From the NCBI GenBank assembly GCA_963801105.1, contig CAWDDH010000003.1, positions 3,642,056 through 3,706,055 of the forward strand: a stretch of DNA of 64,000 bases. Reading direction: 5' to 3'. A program made the translations under genes and the position numbers. The notes beneath the pieces were generated by a model. It made no database searches. It was not told the origin of the DNA and worked only from the letters and a program-made list of their open reading frames with translations. Shown here piece by piece: positions 9,610-17,062 of the stretch. Every line of letters starts with the position of its first letter. The first letter of the stretch is position 1. Source of the stretch: an uncultured Acidimicrobiia bacterium (GTDB taxonomy: Bacteria > Actinomycetota > Acidimicrobiia > IMCC26256 > JAENVU01).

Positions 9610-9751
9610 GCCCGCCACCTCGCGTTCACCGAGAACGCCCCGTCCGCTCGCGAATTCCCGAAACTTGAGGATGCCGCAACCGGATGATTCGGTCATCCTC
9701 CTCGAAGCGCACAGTGGCGCATCGGGCTCGGACACCGGAGGTGGCATCGGC

Positions 9752-9934
9752 ATGAGGGAATGGTCGGTCGGGCTCTGGATCCGCACCGTCGGGACACGCG
9801 ACCAACGCGGCACGACCGCCGTGGAGTTCCTCATGATCGTCGCGCTCGTCGCCGCCGTCCTCGTGACGGTCGCGGCGGCGTTCGGCGGCCTCGTGGCCGC
9901 GCCGTCGGCGCGGGTCGGAGGGGGGCTGCCCTAG
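9752..9934 (+). CDS. flp: Flp-family type IVb/c pilin
   Basis: 60 aa; prepilin site DQRG|TTAVEF (E+5; F in place of the usual Y) then hydrophobic helix LMIVALVAAVLVTVAAAFG; GGAGG upstream. Confidence 0.8.
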   Translation: MREWSVGLWIRTVGTRDQRGTTAVEFLMIVALVAAVLVTVAAAFGGLVAAPSARVGGGLP

Positions 9935-10005
9935 CGGCCCCGCCGTCCGACGCTGTCCATTCGACGCACCACCCGGACCTCGGAGGCCGAGCCATCAGCA
10001 GCACC

Positions 10006-11013
10006 GTGACCAACGAGGACGACCGGCACTCCGCCTACGTCGCTGCGGCCAGCGCCGCCGAGCTGCTCACCACGGCGAATGAACCGCGCGCGTCCGCCCG
10101 TTCCACTCGCTTCGCGACCGGGTTCCAGCCCCTCGACGACGTCCTCGGGGGAGGCTTTCGCGCCCAGGACCTCGTCGTGCTCGGCGGCCGACCGGGGGTC
10201 GGGAAGACCGTCGCCGCCCTCCAGTGGGCGCGCACCATCGCAATGGAGGGCTCCACCGCCATCTACGTGTCGTACCAACACTCTCCGCAATCGCTGTTGC
10301 ACCGCGTGCTCGCGCTCGAGCTCGGGAGCATCGCCCGCGCCGACGAGGTGACCGATCTCACGCGGCTGCGCACCGTCGCCCAGGAGGTGGTGCTCGGCGC
10401 TGCACCGGTGACCCGTCTCACGGTTGATCCACTCGGCGAGGAGGCGATCCGCCGGCTCGAGTCCTACGGAGCGCGCCTGCGCCTGGTCCAGGCCTCGGGA
10501 TTGCGGACGGGAACCGTCGAGCTGTCACGGATCCTCGCGGAGCAGCGGAGCGGGCCCACCGCACTGTTCGTGGACTACCTCCAGAAGATCCCCGTGGAGA
10601 GTCGTCCCCAATCGGACGAGGACCGCACCACCTTCCTCGCCGAGCGGCTGAAGGAACTCGCGATGATCGCCGAGGTCCCCGTCGTCGTCGTCGCGGGCGC
10701 GGACCGCGAGGGCCTGACGTCCAGGAGCATGCACCTCCAGCACCTCCGCGGCTCCACCGCCCTCGCGCACGAGGCCGATGTCGTCATGCTGCTCAACGAC
10801 AAGATCCGCGTCGTCTCGCGGACCCACCTCGAGTTCGACCCGGTCCGAGCCGAGGAGTTCCGTCGCCGGGTCGTGCTCAGCGTCGAGAAGCACCGCGAGG
10901 GATGGGCCGACGTGCACCTCGAGTTCCGCAAGGACCTCGCCAGCTACCGGCTCGATCCGCACGGCGCGTTCGTGACCGAGACCCTCGCGGACCGCGTCGG
11001 GTTCGAGGAGTAG
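10006..11013 (+). CDS. DnaB-like (SF4/RecA-fold) ATPase, C-terminal domain only
   Basis: TGFQPLDDVLGGG, Walker A GGRPGVGKT, LFVDYLQ, LKELA..VPVVV, HLRGS..EADVVMLL, KHREG arginine finger; no DnaB N-terminal domain. Start uncertain (GTG 10006; SD at 9982 suggests about 9994). Confidence 0.85.
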   Translation: MTNEDDRHSAYVAAASAAELLTTANEPRASARSTRFATGFQPLDDVLGGGFRAQDLVVLGGRPGVGKTVAALQWARTIAMEGSTAIYVSYQHSPQSLLHRVLALELGSIARADEVTDLTRLRTVAQEVVLGAAPVTRLTVDPLGEEAIRRLESYGARLRLVQASGLRTGTVELSRILAEQRSGPTALFVDYLQKIPVESRPQSDEDRTTFLAERLKELAMIAEVPVVVVAGADREGLTSRSMHLQHLRGSTALAHEADVVMLLNDKIRVVSRTHLEFDPVRAEEFRRRVVLSVEKHREGWADVHLEFRKDLASYRLDPHGAFVTETLADRVGFEE

Positions 11014-11066
11014 CGGAGCACCGACCACCCGGCCGCCGCGATCCGGGACGCAGGTAGCCTCGGAGC

Positions 11067-12485
11067 GTGACGACTCACGAGATGCGCATCGGATCCGAAC
11101 GGGTGACCACCGACGAGCTCGCAGTGGTCCGCTCCCCCTTCGACGGCTCCGAGCTCGGCGCCGTCCCGGTCGGCCGCGCCGAGCACGTGAACGCCGCCGT
11201 CGCGGCTGCCGCGGCGGTGCGAGGCACGCCGATCCCCGCGCACGAGCGCGCGCGGATCCTCGACGCCGCCGCCGATCTCCTCCAGGCGCGCCACGAGGAG
11301 TTCGCCCGGTCGATCGCCGGTGAGGCCGCCAAGCCCATCAAGACCGCACGCGTCGAGGCGGCCCGGGCCGTCGGAACCTTCCGCTTCGCCGCGGTCGAGG
11401 CTCGCTCGCTCGCCGGCGACATGATCCCGATGGACGCGAACGACGCGGGTGCCGGCAAGCTCGGCTTCACCCTCCGGATCCCGATCGGCGTCGTCGGCGC
11501 GATCAGCCCGTTCAACTTCCCGCTCAACCTCGTCTCCCACAAGGTCGCGCCGGCCATCGCGGCGGGCTGTCCGGTGGTGCTGAAGCCGGCTTCGCAGACC
11601 CCCCTCACCGCGCTCCTGCTCGCGTCGGTCCTGCTCGACGAGTGCGGACTACCAGCCGGCTGGTTCAACCTCGTGATCGGTGGGGGCGGCACGGTGGGCA
11701 ACGCGCTCGTCGAGCACCCGGACGTCGCCTACATCACCTTCACCGGCTCCCCCGACGTCGGCTGGAGCATCAAGGGCCGCGCCCCGCGCAAGAAGGTCGG
11801 GCTCGAGCTCGGCAACAACGCGCCGGTGATCGTCGAGCCCGACGCCGACCTGGAGATCACGGCCAGCAAGATCGTCGCCGGCGGCTTCGGGTACTCGGGC
11901 CAGACGTGCATCTCCGTGCAGCGCGTCTACGCCCACGAGGCGATCCGCGACGAACTCGTCGACCGGGTCGTGGCCCGGGTGGACCAGCTCGTCGTCGGCG
12001 ATCCCATGGACGACGCCACCGACGTGTCGGCGCTCATCAACGAGGGTGAGCGTGACCGCATCGTGTCGTGGATCGACGAGGCAACGGGCGGGGGCGCCAA
12101 GATCGCGACCGGTGGCACCGTCGAGGACGGTGTCCTCCGGCCCACCGTCCTGACCGGCGTGCTCCCCGACATGCAGGTGTGCTCCCAGGAGGTCTTCGGT
12201 CCGCTGATCGGGTTCCAGGGGTACTCCTCGCTCGACACCGCGCTCGCGCTGGCCAACGACACGCGCTACGGGCTCCAGGCCGCGATCTTCACCAACGACC
12301 TCCGCAACGCGCTCCGCGCCGCGCACGCGCTCGACTTCGGCGGCGTGACGGTCAACGAGATGCCCACGTTCCGGACCGACCAGATGCCCTACGGCGGCGT
12401 CAAGGACAGCGGGAACACCCGTGAAGGCCCGCACTACGCGGTGCGGGAGATGACCGAGGAGCGACTCGTCGTCATCCAGATGTGA
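11067..12485 (+). CDS. Aldehyde dehydrogenase (GapN/lactaldehyde-DH-like)
   Basis: ISPFNFPLNL, LKPA, FTGS, LELGNNAP, GQTCISVQR, EVFGP, PYGGVKDSG. Confidence 0.95.
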   Translation: MTTHEMRIGSERVTTDELAVVRSPFDGSELGAVPVGRAEHVNAAVAAAAAVRGTPIPAHERARILDAAADLLQARHEEFARSIAGEAAKPIKTARVEAARAVGTFRFAAVEARSLAGDMIPMDANDAGAGKLGFTLRIPIGVVGAISPFNFPLNLVSHKVAPAIAAGCPVVLKPASQTPLTALLLASVLLDECGLPAGWFNLVIGGGGTVGNALVEHPDVAYITFTGSPDVGWSIKGRAPRKKVGLELGNNAPVIVEPDADLEITASKIVAGGFGYSGQTCISVQRVYAHEAIRDELVDRVVARVDQLVVGDPMDDATDVSALINEGERDRIVSWIDEATGGGAKIATGGTVEDGVLRPTVLTGVLPDMQVCSQEVFGPLIGFQGYSSLDTALALANDTRYGLQAAIFTNDLRNALRAAHALDFGGVTVNEMPTFRTDQMPYGGVKDSGNTREGPHYAVREMTEERLVVIQM

Positions 12486-13068
12486 CACCGCGAGCGTCCA
12501 GCTCGTGCGTGAGTGTCGCGGCGTCCTCGAAGGGGATCGCCTCCCAGCCCGCGGCGCGCGCACCGTCCACGTTGCCGATCGAGTCGTCGACGAGCAGCAG
12601 CCGACCGGGCTGGACCCCGCACCGCTGGGCTGCCCGGTCGAACGCGGCCCGCGTGGGCTTGACCGCGCCGAGCTCGGCCGAGAGCATCACCGGGTCGCAC
12701 CGCTCCGCGAGCGGCGCGAGCGCGCCCCGGAGCAAGTGCGCAACGACCGGACCGTTGTTGGTGAGCAGCGCCCGGCGGGTGCGGAGCCGGTCCGCGATCG
12801 CGACCACCTCGTCGTCGATCGCGAAGCCCGCGCCCCAGCACGCGAGCACCGTCGCCCGGTCGAGCCGCCCGTCGAGTGACGCGAGCTCGAACACCTCGTC
12901 CTCGGTCAGTGCCCCCGAGTCCGTCGCGAGCTCGCGCCCGCCTCCCCAGATCCGCTCCTCGACCCTCTCCGTCGACCAACCCGAAGCCGCGGCGAAGGAC
13001 GCGAGGCGGGCCTCGGGGCGGAAGCGGCACAGGACCCCGCCCAGGTCGAAGACGACGACGTCGGTCAT
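12472..13068 (-). CDS. HAD-superfamily hydrolase (YihX-like)
   Basis: MTDVVVFDLGGVL, LLTNN, KP, LVDDSIGNV; ATGA overlap with the upstream GNAT. Confidence 0.88.
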   Translation of the reverse strand: MTDVVVFDLGGVLCRFRPEARLASFAAASGWSTERVEERIWGGGRELATDSGALTEDEVFELASLDGRLDRATVLACWGAGFAIDDEVVAIADRLRTRRALLTNNGPVVAHLLRGALAPLAERCDPVMLSAELGAVKPTRAAFDRAAQRCGVQPGRLLLVDDSIGNVDGARAAGWEAIPFEDAATLTHELDARGVTSG

Positions 13069-13583
13069 CCGAGCACGCGCTGCACCAGCACCAGGTCGAG
13101 CCACCGCCCGTGCTTGAAGCCGATCTCGGGCATCCGCGCCACCTCCACGAACCCCAGCTGCTCGTGGAACCGTATCGAGGCCGTGTTGTCGCCGTCGATG
13201 GCACCGACCATCGCGTGGAGCCCCATCGCGCGGCCTCGTTCCATCAATGCCTCGAGGAGCTCTCGACCGATCCCGGCCCCTCGCCGGTCGGTGCGCACGT
13301 GGATCGAGTGCTCGACCGTGAACCGGTAGCCCTCCCATCGTCCCGTGTCCCGGAACTCCCCGAAGCTCGCCACCCCGACGACCTCGGGGCGGTCGGCGTC
13401 CGCGATCTCGGCCACGAGGACGGGAAAGCCCCGAGTCCGTTGGTCGGCGAACCAGGCTGCACGCGCCTCGCGGGTGACCGGCCGGTCCGTCCACGCCACG
13501 GTGGTGGTGGGGACCAGCTCGTTCAGGATGACGAGCGTCGCTTCGAGATCGCTCTCCCCCGCGTCACGGATGCGCAGCGTCAC
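13065..13583 (-). CDS. GNAT N-acetyltransferase (phosphinothricin/methionine-sulfoximine acetyltransferase-like)
   Basis: GYRFTVEHSIHV, RRGAGIG, NTASIRFHEQLGF, GFKHGRWLD. Confidence 0.92.
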   Translation of the reverse strand: MTLRIRDAGESDLEATLVILNELVPTTTVAWTDRPVTREARAAWFADQRTRGFPVLVAEIADADRPEVVGVASFGEFRDTGRWEGYRFTVEHSIHVRTDRRGAGIGRELLEALMERGRAMGLHAMVGAIDGDNTASIRFHEQLGFVEVARMPEIGFKHGRWLDLVLVQRVLG

Positions 13584-14200
13584 GGCCGGGCCCCCTCGCC
13601 GGCCAGTCCGGCGAGCAGCGCCTCCAGGCCCAGGCCGAAGTGGCGATCAGTGTCGATCGACGCGAAACGGCCCTGGACCCGGACCAGGTGGGGAAACCGA
13701 TCCGGTTCCGCGGTCACCGCCGGCAGCGCCCGGCGCCGTCCCCCGGCGAGGACCGCGCGCTCGGCCATCACGCGCGTCAGGACGTAGACGAACACGGCGT
13801 TCGCGATGCCCACCACGACCTCGTCGTCGTCGGTGCCGTCCGACACCACGGCGAGCAGACTCTCGACGATCCGACACCCCGCGGAGAGCGTGACCCACTC
13901 CGTGAGCACCGCGTCGGCGAGCCCCGGGTACCGGATCAGCACGGCGCGGGCACCGTGCGCCCAAACTCGGAGCCGGGCGGTGACGGTGCCTTCGGGGGGC
14001 GGCGGCCGGACGTCCGCCAACAAGAAGTCCAGGGTGGCCAGGCGCAGCCCGGCGCTCGACCCGACGTGGCGATACAGGGCCATCGGGGTGACGTCGAGCG
14101 CCGCGGCGACGGACCTCGTCGTGATCGCCTCGATCCCCCGCCGCCGCGCGATCGTGCGCGCGGCGCGGACGATTGCGGCACGGCTCACCTTGCGCGGCAT
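13580..14200 (-). CDS. TetR-family regulator (TetR-class C-terminal domain)
   Basis: HTH ITTRSVAAALDVTPMALYRHV; C-terminal HFGLGLEALLAGL. Confidence 0.92.
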   Translation of the reverse strand: MPRKVSRAAIVRAARTIARRRGIEAITTRSVAAALDVTPMALYRHVGSSAGLRLATLDFLLADVRPPPPEGTVTARLRVWAHGARAVLIRYPGLADAVLTEWVTLSAGCRIVESLLAVVSDGTDDDEVVVGIANAVFVYVLTRVMAERAVLAGGRRRALPAVTAEPDRFPHLVRVQGRFASIDTDRHFGLGLEALLAGLAGEGARP

Positions 14201-14208
14201 GACTCGAA

Positions 14209-14224
14209 GTATACAGCTGTATAC
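14209..14224. promoter_or_regulatory. Perfect 16-bp palindrome, probable TetR operator
   Basis: GTATACAGCTGTATAC, AT-rich, overlapping the TATACT -10 of the tetR gene, between divergent tetR and SDR. Confidence 0.75.
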
Positions 14225-14271
14225 CCGAGGGACCTCGCGTCACCGGGCGTCCCGCGCCTACGGTGCCCCGC

Positions 14272-15054
14272 ATGGGTGCACTGGATGGCAAGGTCGCGCT
14301 GATCACAGGCGCGGCGTCGGGAATCGGGCAGGCGACCGCCGAGCGGCTCGCGACCGAAGGGGCGCGGATCTGCGCGGTGGACTTCGACGACGGCGCCGGT
14401 CGGGCCGTGGCCAACTCGGTGGACGGCGTGTTCGTGCACGCCGACGCGGGCGAGGCGAGCGAGGTGGACGCCGCGTTCGCCGAGTGCGAGCGCACGCTCG
14501 GTGGCGTGGACATCGCGTATCTCAACGCGGGCATCGCGATCGGCGTCGCCGACCTCACCACCCTGACCGATCAGGACTATCACCGGATCATGCGCGTGAA
14601 CGTGGACGGCGTGGTGTGGGGCACCCGGGCGGCCATCCCGACGATGGAGCGTCGTGGTGGTGGCGCGATCGTCGCGACCAGCTCGCTCGCCGGGTTGATC
14701 CCGTTCCCGTTCGACCCCGTCTACGACCTGAGCAAGCACGCGGTCGTCGGGTTCATCCGCAGTGTCGCACCGACGCTGACCGGCAGGGGCATCACCGCGA
14801 ACACGGTGAACCCGGGCATGACCGACACCAACATTCTGAGCGAGGACGCGAAGGCGATGTTCACCGCCAACGACTTCCCGTTGATGCCACCGAGCCAGAT
14901 CGCGGAGGCGGTGCTGACGATCGTCACGACCGGCCGGACCGGCGAGTGCTGGGTCTGCCAGCCCGGCCGTGAGGCCGAGCCGTACCGCTTCCACGACGTC
15001 CCCGGGCCCCGGGCCGCCGGGGCGATCGGCCGCCGCCCACCCGCTGTCGGCTGA
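14272..15054 (+). CDS. Short-chain dehydrogenase/reductase
   Basis: ITGAASGIG, LNAG, SSLAG, YDLSK, VNPGMTDT. Confidence 0.95.
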   Translation: MGALDGKVALITGAASGIGQATAERLATEGARICAVDFDDGAGRAVANSVDGVFVHADAGEASEVDAAFAECERTLGGVDIAYLNAGIAIGVADLTTLTDQDYHRIMRVNVDGVVWGTRAAIPTMERRGGGAIVATSSLAGLIPFPFDPVYDLSKHAVVGFIRSVAPTLTGRGITANTVNPGMTDTNILSEDAKAMFTANDFPLMPPSQIAEAVLTIVTTGRTGECWVCQPGREAEPYRFHDVPGPRAAGAIGRRPPAVG

Positions 15055-15120
15055 CCGCACCCCGCCCGCCGCCGAAACTCGCTGCGAGCGACCCGCGGCC
15101 CCACCGGTATCGTGGAACGG

Positions 15121-15669
15121 ATGTCCCACCCCGACCCGAGCACCGATCCTCGCACCGTGGTCCCCGAGGTCGTCGACGGCCCACCGCTCCCGGGGGGTGG
15201 AGATCCGGTCGACGCCCTGCTCAACGTTCCGGCCGAGGGATCCGGCCCGGAGACCGACGAGCAGGTCCTCCGTCCGACGAAGCTCATCCGCATCGCGTCG
15301 ATGGTGCGCACGATGCTCGACGAGGTCCGCCGGGCACCCCTCGACGACGCCGGGCGGCGGGCACTCCGCGAGATCCACGAGCGGTCGCTCCACGAGCTCG
15401 AGGGCGTGCTGTCTCCCGAGCTGCAGCAGGAGCTGAGCGAGGTCGTGCTGCCGTTCAGCGCGGAGACGCCGACCGAGTCCGAGCTGCGCATCTCCCAGGC
15501 CCAGCTCGTCGGCTGGCTCGAGGGACTCTTCCACGGGATCCAGGCGACGCTCTTCACCCAGCAGGCGATGGCACAACAGCAGTTCGAGGAGGTGCGCCGC
15601 CGCCAGGCCCTGCAGATCGGTGCGCCGGACGGCAGCGGCGAACCGCGTCCGCCCGGCGCGTACCTCTGA
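15121..15669 (+). CDS. bpa: Bacterial proteasome activator Bpa (DUF2587)
   Basis: PTKLIRIASM..LDEVRRAPLDDAGR, ESELRISQAQLVGWLEGLFHGIQATL; C-terminal GAYL (HbYX; GQYL in mycobacteria). Confidence 0.95.
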   Translation: MSHPDPSTDPRTVVPEVVDGPPLPGGGDPVDALLNVPAEGSGPETDEQVLRPTKLIRIASMVRTMLDEVRRAPLDDAGRRALREIHERSLHELEGVLSPELQQELSEVVLPFSAETPTESELRISQAQLVGWLEGLFHGIQATLFTQQAMAQQQFEEVRRRQALQIGAPDGSGEPRPPGAYL

Positions 15670-15671
15670 CC

Positions 15672-17021
15672 ATGAGCGCACCCGTCGAATCTCCCTGGAG
15701 CCCGGACTCCTGGCGCGCGCGTCCCGCCGCGCAGCAGCCCGGGTGGCCCGACTCCCTCGCGGCCGTCGTCGATGAGCTCTCCACGATTCCGCCCCTCGTC
15801 TTCGCGGGTGAGGCCCGGTCGCTCACCGAGTCCCTCGCGCTCGCCACCGAGGGCAAGGCGTTCGTGCTCCAGGCCGGCGACTGCGCGGAGACGTTCAGCG
15901 CGTTCTCGGCGAACGCGATCCGCGACAAGCTCAAGATCATCCTGCAGATGTCGGTGGTGCTGACCTACGGCACCGGTGTTCCGACCGTGAAGATCGGTCG
16001 GATCGCCGGGCAGTTCGCGAAGCCACGGTCGTCCGACACCGAGGTCCGCGACGGCGTCGAGCTCCCGAGCTTCCGCGGCGACATGGTCAACGACATCACA
16101 TTCGACGTGGACGCCCGCCGTCCTGATCCACAACGGCTCCTGCAGGGATACCACCAGTCCGCGTCGACGCTGAACCTCCTGCGCGCCTTCACCAAGGGTG
16201 GCTACGCCGACCTCGCCCAGGCGCACGCATGGAACCAGGACTTCGTGACGTCGAGCCCCGAGGGGCGTCGCTACGAGAGCCTGGCCGCAGAGATCGAGCG
16301 CGCGCTGCGGTTCATGGCCGCGTGCGGCATCGATCTCGACGCCGAGCTCCAGCTGCACCAGGTGGACTGCTACACCTCCCACGAGGCACTCCTCCTCGAA
16401 TACGAGCAGGCGCTCACCCGTCAGGACTCGCTGACCGGCGACTGGTACGACTGCTCGGCGCACCTGCTCTGGATCGGCGACCGCACCCGCCAGCTCGACG
16501 GCGCCCACGTCGAGTTCCTCGCGGGCGTGGGCAACCCGATCGGCGTGAAGCTCGGACCCTCGATCGACCCCGACGAAGCGGTGGCGCTGTGCAAGCGGCT
16601 CAACCCCGAGGCCCGACCGGGACGGCTCATGCTGATCAGCCGCATGGGTGCCGACCTCGTCGAGGAGCGCCTCCCGCCGCTGATCGCCGCCGTTCGCGAC
16701 ACCGGCCAACCGGTCGTATGGGCCTGCGATCCGATGCACGGCAACACCTTCGCCCATTCCAGCGGCCTGAAGACGCGCCGGTTCGACGACGTGATGCGCG
16801 AGCTCCGCGGATTCTTCCGCACCTGCCACTCGCTCGGCGTCTGGCCCGGCGGCGTGCACGTCGAGCTGACCGGCGAGGACGTCACCGAGTGCCTCGGCGG
16901 CACCGAGGAGGTGCTCGACGCACACCTCGAGCAGCGGTACGAGACCGCGTGTGACCCGCGCCTCAACGCCCGCCAGTCGCTCGATCTCGCCTTCCAGACG
17001 GCCGAGTTGCTGAGAACCTGA
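15672..17021 (+). CDS. aroG: Class II DAHP synthase
   Basis: QAGDCAETF, GRIAGQFAKPRS, SFRGD, TSHEALLL, WIGDRTRQ, CDPMHGNT, GVHVELTG, CDPRLN. Confidence 0.97.
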   Translation: MSAPVESPWSPDSWRARPAAQQPGWPDSLAAVVDELSTIPPLVFAGEARSLTESLALATEGKAFVLQAGDCAETFSAFSANAIRDKLKIILQMSVVLTYGTGVPTVKIGRIAGQFAKPRSSDTEVRDGVELPSFRGDMVNDITFDVDARRPDPQRLLQGYHQSASTLNLLRAFTKGGYADLAQAHAWNQDFVTSSPEGRRYESLAAEIERALRFMAACGIDLDAELQLHQVDCYTSHEALLLEYEQALTRQDSLTGDWYDCSAHLLWIGDRTRQLDGAHVEFLAGVGNPIGVKLGPSIDPDEAVALCKRLNPEARPGRLMLISRMGADLVEERLPPLIAAVRDTGQPVVWACDPMHGNTFAHSSGLKTRRFDDVMRELRGFFRTCHSLGVWPGGVHVELTGEDVTECLGGTEEVLDAHLEQRYETACDPRLNARQSLDLAFQTAELLRT

Positions 17022-17062
17022 GGCTCGGTCCGACGCGACCCGAGAGCGGTACCCTCGAGGTC

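Noticed and set aside
6018-11013. Integrative element at tRNA-Arg
   Set aside because: No integrase and no duplicated tRNA 3' end seen in the window; composition resembles the flanks.
10006-11013. Replicative helicase dnaB
   Set aside because: Too short, lacks the N-terminal domain, key motifs substituted, and not in a replication gene context.
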